NCBI GenBank assembly: GCA_020184695.1 | Contig: JAANOX010000126.1 | Span: forward strand, 372,001 to 436,000 | DNA: 64,000 bases | Direction: 5' to 3' | Source: Histomonas meleagridis 2922-C6/04-290x | Taxonomy: Eukaryota > Protista > Parabasalia | Shown: positions 1 through 12,800 of the stretch, piece by piece | Position numbering within the stretch: the stretch's first letter is position 1 | How the letters are laid out: the number at the start of each line of letters is the position of its first letter | The notes under the pieces: model-generated | The model's input: only the letters and a program-made list of their open reading frames with translations | What the model was told of the DNA's origin: nothing | Databases searched by the model: none | Translations under genes and position numbers: made by a program

Positions 1-632
1 TGATATGTTGCTGTCCCAAGTTTGTATAAGCAGTTATAACATATAAAGGTACTTCTTAAAACACAAAAATGTGTTTGTTGTATTATTTGGTGAATAATTT
101 ATTTTACATCCATTTGTTGTTACTGATTTGATTAATTTATGTGTATAATTAATTGCTACGTAACAATAATTTTTTTTATTGTTACGAACAATTTTTTCAT
201 TTTTGAATAATTCTTCAATCAATTCAATAAAATTAATTGAATAAGGATTGCCAGTTATTTCATTACTACCAAAATTAATAGAATTTTTCCTGATTGAATT
301 ATTCTATTATTAATAACTGGTGTTATTTGTATATTACCATCACCATATCCAATATTTCTTCCTGTGGTAGGGCCATTTGCATGATGTGATAATAACCGTT
401 GGCATGCGACACAAATTGACATTACTTAATTTTTTTCAATTGGATATAAAATGTCTAATGAATTTAAATCTTCATTAAATATATTATTTCCTTTATAAAT
501 TTTGTTGTAATTTGAAATTGATCTCCCTATGATTGCTCGAATAACTGATGATGGTGTTGCATGTTCAACATAACCTGCTTTGCAAGAGAATCCACCATTA
601 TCGATAACAGGGAAAAAAATCTCTTCAGACAT
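1..632 (-). pseudogene. Actin/actin-related pseudogene (fragmented, internal deletion)
   Basis: ORF 426-632 VIDNGGFSCKAGY resembles actin N-terminal VxDNGSGxxKAGF. About 240-420 reads HANGPTTGRNIGYGDGNIQITPV (actin [23 protein letters not shown]). 34-222 has KIVRNNKKNYCYVAINY (actin EIVRDIKEKLCYVALDF). Segments are separated by stops and frameshifts. Confidence 0.8.
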
Positions 633-989
633 AAAATGAAGTAATATATTTAAACTAAATTTACCATGAGCAGTAATTTTAAAATTGGCAACGTTGATAT
701 CAACTTTTTTTTTTTTATTATTATTTTTTTGGACTAACCATTAGGCATACTATGCCATAGTATAGAAAAAGTGGATAATTTGGATATACTTACAATAAAT
801 TAATATTAATTAAATTTTGGATTAAATCTTTATTAAAGGTACTTTGATTTTAATATTTTGATATCTTGTTCTTGTTGTAATTTTAAGAACTGATCAAAAG
901 TTACTTGATGATAATTTTTCATAGTAGCTAAAGTGTAGTGCATACTATTAAATAAGTTTGGATCAAAGGTTTGATTGATGAAATAAAAT

Positions 990-1220
990 GTAAATCTACT
1001 TTGTTTTGTACTTTGAGATGGTTTCGTTCATAGTTTCTGAGCTGTTCTGGGGGGTTGGGGGTGTATTCTCGATACGCAATATGTAAAAGAATGAAAGTTT
1101 TGAGTTGAGACGCGAAACTGATACCTTTGTAATCAATTCCATATAGGCTTTCTAAATCTGCAATCCAGGGAAAAAAGAAATCGGTTTAAAAAAATGAAAA
1201 AAAAATGCTCCCGCAGGGAT
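990..1220 (-). repeat. Copy A of ~230-bp direct repeat: 3' ~15 nt of a tRNA plus downstream flank
   Basis: 1206-1219 TGCTCCCGCAGGGA matches 7107-7120 TGGTCCCGCAGGGA. Flanks share TAGTTTCTGAGCTGTTCTGG, ATGAAAGTTTTGA and CTTTCTAAATCTGCAA with 6898-7106. Roughly 70% identical by eye. Confidence 0.85.
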
Positions 1221-1939
1221 TGTTTATTCATCAAGAGTTACAATGGACTAAGTCTCATGATCTTTAAGCTTGTGATAAGCAAATACAACTAATGCTTAGA
1301 TTGTTTTATCCTTCCTAAAAAAAACGAATCCAAGCAATATTCGCGGCATTGCTTGAGATAAACCTGTGAAAAAATAAGTGTCAAACGGTTTTTTTGAAAA
1401 TGTACTTTTCAGTACATCTTCACATTAAACTGCGGGATTTTGTTGGATTAATTCAGGGTTTATGTTTAGATTTTCATTACTTCCAATAATTAGATTGTTT
1501 TCTTTATGTTTATGGTTTGACATATTCCAATATATTAAGGCTGATCCTCTGATAGCATTATGTGATAATGATCTTGCACATTTCTTTGTTTGCTTTGAAT
1601 CATTGTTTAATAGGGCTTTAATATTATTAAATATTTTCTTAGGTATAGCACCGAGAGCACTAATAATAATTGGATAAAACTTAATATTTAATTGAGTTTT
1701 ATCTATGAGATCATCACATAAAGTTTGGTATTTTTGAGTTTTGGTATTCATACAATAATATAAAGAAGATATTGTTTCATCATTTAACTTTTTTAAGTCA
1801 CCATAAGGAACACTTACTTCGATCATAGTTAATTGATTTCTAATATTATCCGGAAATTTAATCGTAGTGGATCTGTGAAATAATAGATGTTGATTAGTAA
1901 TTTTATCAAATGAATTAATGACTTCTTCAACGATATATA

Positions 1940-3247
1940 TAGGGTCCAAAAAGTCCTGACCCCACCCCCTTTTCTCGACATCTACTTGATCCATAAAAAT
2001 GAACTTTATATAAATAAAAACTACAATGAATGAACTCGATGTGTGTTTTGTTATTATTTAAAAATTTTGTACACTTGTTGAATTATAAGTGATTGAATTT
2101 TTTCTCCCGACTCAAAAACGTCACTTTTTCCATCACAAAATTTAATGGAAAAGTCGGAGCTCAAAATTGTTGTTAAATATTATTTTCTACAAGGAATGGG
2201 ATATCGGTCAATTTACAAAAAAATAAATACTGCTCTTCCTGAAACTGATATATCACTTTCAAGCGTTAAACGATGGTGTAAAAAATTTTCTTCAGGTGAC
2301 CTAAGTTGCAATGATTTACCAAAAAGCGGAAGGCCTAAAATTAATGTACCGGATCAAATTCGAGAAATGCTTGAAGAACAACCATTCTTATCAGCAAAAT
2401 ATATTGCATCAGAACTAGGTCATTCTCCTACTGCTATTAAATCAGTTTTAATTGACGACCTTGGTTTAAAAAAGTATCGAAGAAGGTTGATCCCCCATAT
2501 GCTATCGGAAGACGATAAGGAAAAAAGGGTTGAGTATTCCAAAGAAATTTTAAAAGAATAAATCAAAGCTAGAAAAAACTTATTAAATACAATTATGACT
2601 GATGACAAGTCGTGGTTCTTTTATGAATATGAACATAAAGAAATGTATGCAGAATCACGTGATATGGTGCCACCGATAGTCTTTGAGAAAATTCAATCCA
2701 AAAAAACAATGTTCACAATTTTCTTCAATGGGACGAAAATGCTTTGCATTGATGCATTACCTTCTAATTACAAATTTAATCAGCAATATTTTATTGATTA
2801 TATAATACCACAATTTCACGAAAATGTTGATCATGACAAGAAACAACCATTTTCAAAAAATATGAAGATTCATATGGATAACTCCCCTATACATAATGGA
2901 TCACTTGTTGCTCGAAAATTAAAAGAAGAAAAAATTAATAGAATTCCTCACCCCCCTTATTCACCAGATCTAAGTCCATGTGATTTTTGGTTTTTTGGAA
3001 TGGCAAAGGAAAACCTAAAGGGTGTGGAGATAAATTCAGAAAAAGATTTAGAAAATGAAAGTATACGCATATTCGACGGTGTCACTTTTGAAAAGCTTCA
3101 AATGGTGTTTGAAGCATGGATAAAAAGACTTGAATGGGTGATTAAGAATCATGGAGAGTACTACCATAAATAAAAGTTAATTAAAAAAATATATATTTTT
3201 TATTCATCGAGATAAGGGGGTGGGGTCAGAACTTTTTGAATGCCCTA
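1940..3247 (+). mobile_element. Mariner (DD34D) transposon, ~1.3 kb, TA-flanked
   Basis: About 40-bp imperfect TIRs (TAGGGTCCAAAAAGTCCTGACCCCACCCCCTTTTCTCGA / TCGAGATAAGGGGGTGGGGTCAGAACTTTTTGAATGCCCTA) with TA on both sides. Length 1308 bp. Confidence 0.95.
2145..3173 (+). pseudogene. Mariner transposase with one in-frame TAA (2559-2561)
   Basis: ORFs 2145-2561 and 2595-3173 are in the same frame. HTH N-terminus (SVKRWCKKFSSG, PKSGRP), IPHML linker, TDDKSWF, HMDNSPIH and HPPYSPDLSPCDF, with 34 residues between the last two catalytic Asp. Confidence 0.93.
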
Positions 3248-5375
3248 TAATTGTGTCAAATCTTGTAAGAAGATTTCCTTGGTAGGCAACCGTTTAAACG
3301 ATGTTTTAGATTATCATTACCATTATTACATATTGTACATTTGGGCGTTTCCTTACCATGAGCTAGAATTTCACCAGTAGGTAAATTATTGCATCTAGCA
3401 TTTATTGCAAATTTTATAATGTTATAATTAGCCTTTGTCATTAAAGGGTTTAAGAAGAATGAACTACACGGGGATTTAATTAAAGTGTTAAATGTATGTC
3501 CTTTAAGTGGCATCGAAATTAAGTTTTTGGTGTTATATTATTGAACATTTTGTTTAATAATGACTCTAATAAAGATTTAGAATTTGCAATATTATTATAA
3601 TTTTCTTCTAATATCAAATCTCTTAACATGAATGTATTTTCATCTTCTTCTTCTTTAATTTCAATTTTTAGTTTTTTAATTGCCTTAATAGCTGTAATAC
3701 AAAGTGATTGAGTTCCTTGTTTCATATTATTCGAATTCCAGTTTAAAAATACATCATAATCCTCATCATCTTCTTTAATCTTCCTTAATTCTTATTCACA
3801 TTTTATTGTTTCTTTATAGAAGTTTATAATGTTTTGATTAGACCAATAATTTAGCTCAAAGAAAGTTTTAATATTCAAAGCTCTTGCGCTTTCTGTTAAA
3901 TTTTGAATACCTAAACCATCATTTTTCCAATTAGTATGAAATATTGGAATTGGTGTAGCTATAGTTTGAAGTTGTTGATTTAAAGTATCCCTAATTTCCT
4001 CGTAAATAAGGTCCAAAACTTTTGATCCTACAATTATCACAAGTTAATTCGTTGTCTAAGTCTGGAATGATAAATCTTTTAATAGCATCAATTTTTTGAT
4101 TTAGTCTTAATTGGGACATGCCAATTAATTTTATTTTGTTTTTAATGTCTTTGATTAAAGTATCTGAATGAAGCATTTTTGTTACATGAGATCTGGCTAT
4201 TGGTGCACCTAAATATTCTTTTAACGTTTATAATTTGATTTTAGAGATTTTTTGATCATTTAGTTTAAAACTAGAGTTAGAAGATACTCTTCTATTATTA
4301 TCTAATAAATATGAATATAAACCACATTTTTTAACATTAATTTTAAGTTTTGCATAATTACAAAAATTGTCTACAATTTCTAGAATATTCTTCATACCAT
4401 TCTCCTATTTACTAATCAGAAGAATATCATCTGCGTAAGCTTGAATATCTATTCAATTAACTCCTTCATTTTTATGTTCAGAATTGACCATTCTCAATAG
4501 AGAGTCTATTGCTATATTAAATAATAGAGGGAAAATTGGACATCCTTGTTTAACACCTTTTCTAAGGATGATTTTCTTTGATTTAAATTCCATTGTTTGG
4601 ATAATATTCGAGGAATCGGTATAACAATTTTTAAGAATTTTAATAAAAGTTTTATCGAAACCTAAATGTTTCAAATTATTGAATATTAATTTATGTGGGA
4701 TTCGCCAAAAGCATTTAATAGATCAATAGATGTTATATAAATATCTTCCTTTGTTTTGCTAACGTAATTGATAAGTTCTTGAACTGTAGCTGTATGTTGT
4801 AAGCACTTATTGATGAAACCTATTTGATAGATAGAGATGATATTTAATTTCGAATTAAGTTGTTGTAGGGCAAAAGCAAATTGCATCATGATAATCTAAT
4901 ATCTGTTTGTAGTGATTAACATTAATCTCCATTTACTAACAATTTTAGGATCATCATGCTTGTAAATTAGAACTACTTTGGAAGTTTTCCAATGAGTTGG
5001 AAAACAATTAGTATTTCTAATAGCTCGATGATAGTTTTCCATTGTTGCTATTGCGTAATGAATACTATTTATTAAATTTTGATCGAAAGTTTGATTAATG
5101 TAAAAATTAAATTCGAGATTATTGTTTATGACTGGATTTTGGACACTATTTTGTGCAGGAACTACCGAATTCTCTGTTTCTGGGTTTCTTAAGTAATTTA
5201 GATCAAAGTTGTTTCGCATTAATAAATCACTAAAATTGTCTTCAAAGATTCGGGGTGAAATACCTGAATTCGATATGCTAATGTCATAAAATGCAAACAT
5301 GAGACCCATTCTTCTGAATAACATCTTAATGTTTGGAGATGCTAATATATATTTATTACGTAACTCTACTGAGTA

Positions 5376-6446
5376 CTATCCTACAACCGTGGGGAATTTG
5401 AATATTACCTCAATTCGTTTTTTGAAAAAATATTATAATTAAATTTCATTTTGAATAATTTACAATTTTCGTAATGTTCTTTCGAATGTAAATAATATTC
5501 GGCAAAAATGGGGTGGAATGAATGTTGTAATATTTCATTTTCTGTGTTTTGATTCTTTTTGTTTTATTTCAATTCTCACTTATATGTGCTAATTCTCATT
5601 TATATGTGTTTTTTTTTCATTATTTTATGTACCAACATTTGCTCAAATCATTCAAATATAATTTGGCAAATATATTATTTGAACGACTTTCATTTGATAT
5701 AGATAATATATATTGAACATGAGGTTTAGTTAAAGATGAATTCAAAATTATTCTCATATCAGAAATGGAACTCATATGATTAATTAGATACAAAAAGTTC
5801 ACAAATCAATGTTTACATTATTATTTCAATGAGCAATTGATTTAATTATTTCCATCCAACCTCCACATAACATCGTATATTTTTTTTCTTTTATTTTAAT
5901 TGCTCTGATCGTCGTAAATATTAAATTTTATGAAATTTCGAACTAATAAGACATAATTAATATGTAGAACATGACAATTCATAAAAATTTATATGCAAAG
6001 CAATTGATATTATTGATCAATATATAAAATATTAATTAAGTCAAAAATGAATTTTTGTGTAACATTGATATAAAATTTGTGTTGTAATACAGAGACGATT
6101 AAATATTTTACAATATCCTAATTCTTGATCGTAATTTAGTTTAATATATAATAATTGTTTCTTATTTATTTTAATTAATGCAATGTATGATGTATGCAAT
6201 ATCGATAACTTGCTATTTAATAATATCTGTTTCAGCATCTTTGCCAAATTTTATTTTTGTTCGTAAAACATGGCCAAAATCGTAAATTATTCAAAATGAA
6301 ATTGAATTATAATATTATTTCAGAAAACAAATTGAGAGCCAATTTTTGAATGCAAATTACATTTTATTCGAATTCTCTATTATGATTGAATGAAGTCTCC
6401 ACTTTTTGAATACTACTCATTCAATTTTCCCACGATTGTAGGACAG
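5376..6446. mobile_element. TA-flanked TIR element (non-autonomous or degenerate, Tc1/mariner-superfamily-like), 1071 bp
   Basis: TA|CTATCCTACAACCGTGGGGAATTTGAAT at 5376 is an imperfect reverse complement of ATTCAATTTTCCCACGATTGTAGGACAG|TA ending 6446. Interior is AT-rich with no recognisable intact transposase. Confidence 0.8.
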
Positions 6447-6897
6447 TACTTTCGACTGGAACAAAGTGTCTTTCATTATTAAGATTAAAGGTGAATTTGT
6501 AGGGTTTCGTAAGTAAGAAGTTGGAGAATTCTTATAGTTGGATGACTGCATTTTTAACAAATTCCTGCAGATACGCACTTTTTCCTAACGATGAAATGTA
6601 ATAGTCGATAAAAAGTGAAGTTAATAAATTTGAGAGATCTTGCAGATGGTGGTCGACTAAATTCTCAAAATGAAACTCAAAATTGACTAGGTCCGTTCGG
6701 ACGTTGGGTTGTCGAACTGACGAAAAGTCAGGAATAAGGGTCTAAAAGAAGTCCAGGGAGACCGGTTTTGTTATTGGTTTCATTAATATGTTATCCCATA
6801 GTTCAAACGGAAAGATCAACAGTGAAATGGGAAGGACATGTTCACTGAGATCATATTTGGTGATGCTCAGATTTTCTTCAATATTTTGTAAAAAATT

Positions 6898-7121
6898 AAT
6901 ATCTATCTTGTTTTGTGTTGTAAGGTGGTGTCGTGCGTAGTTTCTGAGCTGTTCTGGATGGGTGTCTTCCGGTCGATATGCAATTTGTAAAATGAAAGTT
7001 TTGAATTGAAATACAAGATTAGTACCATTGTGATCTACTCCAGGTAAACTTTCTAAATCTGCAACCTGGGGTTAAAATAAGCTCGATTTAAAAAATGGAA
7101 AAAACATGGTCCCGCAGGGAC
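6898..7121 (-). repeat. Copy B of ~230-bp direct repeat (tRNA 3' end plus flank)
   Basis: Aligns to 990-1220 (see copy A). Includes the oligo-T Pol III terminator-like tract downstream of the tRNA. Confidence 0.85.
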
Positions 7122-7179
7122 TTGAACCCTAGACCTTTGCGTTATCAGCACAACGCTCTACCGACTGAGCTACGAGACC
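7107..7179 (-). tRNA. tRNA-Ile, anticodon GAT
   Basis: GGTCTCGTAGCTCAGTCGGTAGAGCGTTGTGCTGATAACGCAAAGGTCTAGGGTTCAAGTCCCTGCGGGACCA: 7-bp acceptor stem, GCTC/GAGC D stem, TTGTG-CTGATAA-CGCAA anticodon arm, TAGGG-TTCAAGT-CCCTG T arm, followed by T runs. Confidence 0.95.
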
Positions 7180-8150
7180 TTCATGATTTCTTTAAAAATC
7201 TAATAGAATAATTCATATTAAGAAATTACCTGATTTCTTAAATAATTAAACACATAATTTTCTTAATTGATATTCTCAAAAAATGGCTGGAGTGGATAAA
7301 ATAAACGGTTTAATCGATATTCATAATATCCTGATAAATATTTATCGATATTATCCTGATAAAAAAAGTGACAATACTCATTCAAAATTAATATATCGTT
7401 ATGAACGATAGTATTTAAAATTTCATCATAAAAATAAAAATATCTCGTGAAAATGGATATATATTTATGCTAAATCAAAATGATAGTAATTACAATTTAA
7501 GGGGTTATATTTTCTATCTTATTCAAATGGTATATTTATAAAATTGATTTTCAAAAATTTAGGAGCATTAATGAGAATGCTATCAAGATAAAGTAGTCTA
7601 ATTGTGATTACACATTTAGTGCATTTGCGATTAATAATCAATTTCAAACATCGCGAAACTCCACATTTTTTCAAAAAGTGGTATCGGTCGGTAGTAATAG
7701 CACTTGTTACTTTCTAAAACATCTACTTTTTGATTATTTCATTGGAATAATTATCGCTTTGCTCAAAACGTACTTTGACATAATGCTAATATTGCAAATT
7801 TTATATAATGAAATCAAATGCGATTATCAGCCCCCATATAAAACGATTTAAATTTATATAAATTTAGTCAAATAAAATTGCATTTAATTTAATTTTCCAA
7901 TTTATATATTCTTAATGCATTTTGAGTTCTACTTATAGTGTTTTAATGCTTGTTTATTTCGGTATTAAAAGTTTAAACTAAGTTTCGAAAAAAATATATC
8001 AATTATCATTCTCAATAAATTTTAGTATTATGCATAATTATATTCTAGATATTATTGTATCTGATAAAATTTTAAATTTACATTTCAACTCACTAAAAAA
8101 CAGATTTAAATTGGCACATAAATCAATTTTTTCCAGTTAATTATAAACAT

Positions 8151-9242
8151 TTATTGTTTATACGGCTGATTATTTTGTGGCCTTTTTTGTGCATATCTTT
8201 TCTTATACTCAGCCGCCTTTAAGTAGTCTGATGCAGTATCAGAAACCCAAGGCTCCAAAAAGAAGAACGACGAATTTGCGATTTCGTCTGTTGGTGTTTG
8301 GCGCGCTTCTTCGAGCACCATTTCCTCTACGAACGGAAGCGGCTCCTTTACGAACTCATCGAGTGCAATTAACTGTCGCTTCGAACTTATTGACGCTTCA
8401 AGAAATTCGCGGATTGGCGCAGGAGGAACTTTTGATGGGATAAATTGCGAGTCAATTGTCGAAAGAACAGGAGCTTGAATAGAGAACGAACGGGAGCTTT
8501 GGATATTATCGAGAGTGAAGTGAAAGTCATCAATAGGATGAAAATTTTGCGAAATTATGTCACTTAATGATGTTATGTGAAATGTGTCAAGACCAGAAAG
8601 TGACTTTAATATGTTATCACATTTAACTTCTCCGTTGGAAAATAGATTTTTAGAGTCAATATGCGAAAGTACTTTTTGTGATATCACAGATGAGATACTG
8701 TATGGTGAACCAACAATCTTTTGGAGAGGAGATGATAGTTTGAGTAAAGGACACTTCCAGCAGCATTTAACATTAACTGTTTGATTTTCAGCGGATTCAA
8801 AAGTTGCTCGAATTGAATCAGTTGCTTGATCAGTTCCATTATATTGGAATAAATGCGTGCCAACATCAACAGTAACTTCTGAAAAAACATCGCTTATATT
8901 AATTGGTGATGTATTGAATTGAAATTCTATTTGATTAATATCTTTTGAGTATGTTTGCAGAGATGTATTCAATTCTATTTTTTGCATTTTAATGTAGATA
9001 GGTAATGAAGCCAATTGATCATTATCCATTAATGGCTGTAACTTTATATAATGTGATAATTGGTCATCTAATGTAAGAAGTCTACGAATAACACTTTCAT
9101 ATTTCTTTATTTCTTCGATAAACTCTGGATCATCTTGAGGCCATTCTGTCTTGAAAAGTTCGTGAAAAAGAGAAGAAACCGAAGGCGGTCTAATCATCAA
9201 AAGTGCTGAAGACGTTAAAAAGCAAAAAGTGCCGAATACCAT
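8151..9242 (-). CDS. SWIB/MDM2-domain protein, BAF60/SMARCD (Swp73)-like
   Basis: SWIB-like segment LSSPLQKIVG...KVLSHIDSKNL...VKCDNILKSLSG. C-terminus FVKEPLPFVEEMV...FFLEPWVSDTASDYL resembles BAF60 FSxDP..FI...FYxQPWxxEAVxRY. The start may be the second Met. Confidence 0.65.
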   Translation of the reverse strand: MVFGTFCFLTSSALLMIRPPSVSSLFHELFKTEWPQDDPEFIEEIKKYESVIRRLLTLDDQLSHYIKLQPLMDNDQLASLPIYIKMQKIELNTSLQTYSKDINQIEFQFNTSPINISDVFSEVTVDVGTHLFQYNGTDQATDSIRATFESAENQTVNVKCCWKCPLLKLSSPLQKIVGSPYSISSVISQKVLSHIDSKNLFSNGEVKCDNILKSLSGLDTFHITSLSDIISQNFHPIDDFHFTLDNIQSSRSFSIQAPVLSTIDSQFIPSKVPPAPIREFLEASISSKRQLIALDEFVKEPLPFVEEMVLEEARQTPTDEIANSSFFFLEPWVSDTASDYLKAAEYKKRYAQKRPQNNQPYKQ

Positions 9243-9801
9243 AACTTTTTCAAAAACAATTGTTATCGTTGAATTAAAATTCTGAATGTATCGTTCTATC
9301 GTGCTTTCCTTCTGCAGAACATTTCATGGATGATGTTATTGATAAAAATCCCAAATACACTCAGTGCACATTATTTGATCAAAAAGGCATATATTTACGC
9401 ATATTTACAAATGTATACTTTGATTTTTAATTGGCATAAGAACTATGAAAATAAATTTTAATCGATGAATCTTAAATTATATGTGGAACTCAAAGATGCC
9501 TTTGTCGAAAATTAAATAAGATTTAACTTTGATATTTTGACTTAATGCATTATTTTTTTAATGCATGGTCATCGATGGTAGCTTCTTTTTGATGTATTTT
9601 TTATCAATGAAAAGAAACTTTTAGAGCAGAACCTCCAAAATGTTTGTGTTGAAGCCGTTTAAAAAAAGTCTATGCCAAATAACATTTCACAAATGTTCAA
9701 GCTAAAAAGAGTTCATATCGAAACTGTTTGATAAAAAAAGATGAAATTGTTGAAATTACATAATTGTTTAGAAAATTTTGTTTAAAACAAAATAGCCATA
9801 T

Positions 9802-12800
9802 TTAAATATTGTCAACATAATCATTTTCCTTGAAATCTATTGCGAAAGGATCCTCATCTATACCAGACAAGTTCATCACATTTCTCATTGAGATATTATT
9901 CTCAATTGTTTCTTCTTCATTTACACTTTCAACAATACTTTGTTTCTTAATTTTCTTCTTAGAACGGACAAGTATTATTACGATTATTGTAATAATTAAA
10001 ATTACTACGATACAAACGCAAACGGCTATAATAATAGTTTGATTATCTGATTTATTTTGATTATTATTTATGTAATCTTTTTTGATAATTGTATAAAACC
10101 CTGTGTAATACGAAAAATAAGATGAGTATTCGATAACTGAATATACATAATAAATAAATCCAGTTTCGAAATATGAATATGATGATCCGAATAAAGAAAG
10201 AATAAAAGTGTTTTTAAATTCAGTTTTATGAATAATTGTTTGTGTAATTGATTCTGTAAATACTATTGTATGAATATATGTTTCACCAAATTTTCTTGAA
10301 GGTGAAAACGTATTTGAATTTGTGAGTATATTTGTAAATGTTTCTAAAATTTGTTTTGATGATGTAAATGTATTTGATCTGGTGAATGTGTTGGACTCAG
10401 TAAATGAATTTGATTTTGTAAAAGTTTTTGATTTCGTAAAAGAATTAGATTTTGTGAATATATTAGATTTAGTAAATGCTTTTGATTTAGTAAATGTATT
10501 TGATTTAGTAAAAATTTTAGATTTAGTAAATGTATTTGATTGTGTAAATGAATTTGAAAATGTTTGCGATTGCGTAAATGTATCAGTAAAAGTATGTGTC
10601 GGCCATGGATATTGATTACATTCAGAAACGGAAGAACCCGGAGATACATTAAGTGTACCAAATGTTGTATCTTGATATAAATCTGATGTCATAACATATG
10701 CTGCTGGCACACCATCAAAAGCGCTTGAATGTATTGATGGTGATTCATAACCGGTAAAATAAATACATTTTAAGCATCTGCAATCTTCAAAAGCATTCAT
10801 TCCAATTGATTTGACATTTTTTCCTATAATAATTGTATCTAAATTAGAACATGAAGAAAATAGAGAACCTCCAATTGAATTTAAACTTTCACCAATAATA
10901 ACTTTCTCTAAATTAATGCATAAGGAGAATGCAGCATTCCCAATAATATTAACAGAATCTGGAATTATAATATTTGTTAATGATGAACATTCACGAAATG
11001 TACTCGTTCCTATTGATTCCAAATTTTCGTTAAAAATAATATTAGTTAAATTAGAGCATGAATTGAATCCATAATTGCCAATTGTCTTAAGTTTATTTGG
11101 GATTGTGATATTAATTAATGAAAAACAATCATAAAATGCATTATTTTCGATTGAATTTACATCATCTCCTATGACAACATTTTTCAAATTATAACAACTT
11201 TGAAACGCACTCTTTTTAATTGATGTTACTGAATTTGGGATTGTGATATTTATTAGTGATGAACATGAACGAAATGCTTCAATTGGAATTGAAGTTATCA
11301 AATTTGGAATTTTTATATTTACTAATGATGAACAAGATTGAAATATATAATTTCCAAAAGAATTTACATTTGGACCAAATATAACAGTTTCCAATTTAGA
11401 ACATTGACTAAATACATATGAATCAAATGAAGTAACTGAATCTGGAAAAGTTATATTTACTAATGATGAACATCCAACAAATGCTCGTATTTTAATTGAA
11501 GTTACTTTTTCTCCAATTATAACTGTTGTTAAATTAGAACATGAATCAAATAATTGACTTTCGATTGAAGTTATTAAATATGGTATTGTAATATTTTTTA
11601 ATGATGTACACATTCTAAATACTGCACTTCCAATTGTTTTAACCGAATTGGGAATTTCAATATTTATCAATGATGCGCAAAAATTAAAAGTATATTTTCC
11701 AAAATATGTTAGATTTTTGCTTAATATTACAGTTTCTAGTTTAGAACATGAATGAAATACATAATCATCAATTGATGTTACTGTATTCGGTATTGTAATT
11801 GTAACAAAAGAACATTGTTGAAATGCACGAGATCCAATTGAAATTATATTTCCACTTAAGATAACTTCTGTTAAATTATAACATGAATTGAATAAATCAT
11901 CGGATATAGAAGTGACTAAATTCGGAATTGTGATATTTTGTAATGATAAACAATCAGAAAATGCTTCACTTCCAATTGAAGTAACTGACTCAGGAATTTT
12001 AATATTTATCAATGATGAACAATATTGAAATGCATTATTAGATATTGTTGTTACATTTCCTTTGATAAGAATTGTTTCCAATTTATTGCAAGAATAAAAT
12101 GTATATGAACCAATTGAAGTTATATTTACTCCAATAATAGCAAATTTTAAATTAGTGCATTGATAAAATAGTTGATACCCAATTGAAGTCACTGAATCAG
12201 GAATTGTAAAATTTAATAATGATGAGCATTGATAAAATGCTTGAATACCAATTGATATTAAATTAATACTAATAATAACTATTTTAAGATTGGAACATGA
12301 AGAAAATGTTTGATCCTCAATTTTTTTAACTGTATTTGGTATTGTAATATTTATCAAAGATGTACATGAATTAAATGCACTTTTCCCGATTGAATCCAAA
12401 TTTTTGCCATCGATAATGACTTCTATATTTGAACATCCTTGGAATGCAAAATTTCCAATCGAAGTAACCAAATCTGGAATTGTAATATTCCTTAATGATG
12501 AACATCCATAAAATGTATAATCATTAATTGAAGTTACATTTTTACCAATAATGGCTATTTCCATTTGAGAGCATTGATAAAATGCGCGTTCACCTATTGA
12601 AGTAACTAAATCTGGAATTTCAATATTTGCCAATTTAGAACATTGAGAAAACGTAAAAGCTTCAATTAAAGTTAAACTTTTACTGATAATAAATGTTTCT
12701 AAATTTGAACATAGATTAAATGCACTTTTACCAATTGAAGAAACTAAATCTGGAATTATGATACTTATAAAAGAACAACGATAAAATGAATAATCACCAA

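Larger units (their letters stand above)
1222..6890 (-). mobile_element. Degenerate non-LTR retrotransposon, RLE type (R2/R4/NeSL-like), probably 5'-truncated, with two nested insertions
   Basis: RT motifs in fragments: FPTHWKTSKVVLIYKHDDP..KWR, SIDLLNAFG, GVKQGCPIFPLLFNIAID, IQAYADDILL (about 4420-4450). CCHC knuckle CTICNNGNDNLKHRLNGC. YKI*HNYIVEE (RHN motif) is rejoined across the mariner. PD..IEVSVPYG..K endonuclease in 1425-1937. Many stops and frameshifts. 5' boundary approximate. Confidence 0.9.

Noticed and set aside
2559-2561. Stop-codon reassignment (TAA/TAG read as Gln), suggested by in-frame stops at 2559, 32708 and 36377
   Set aside because: Most intact genes here end in TAA/TAG and long ORFs contain no internal TAR; isolated nonsense mutations are sufficient.
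5177-6515. Short direct match GGGTTTC(T/G)TAAGTAA at about 5182 and 6502
   Set aside because: Too short in AT-rich DNA to support a duplication.
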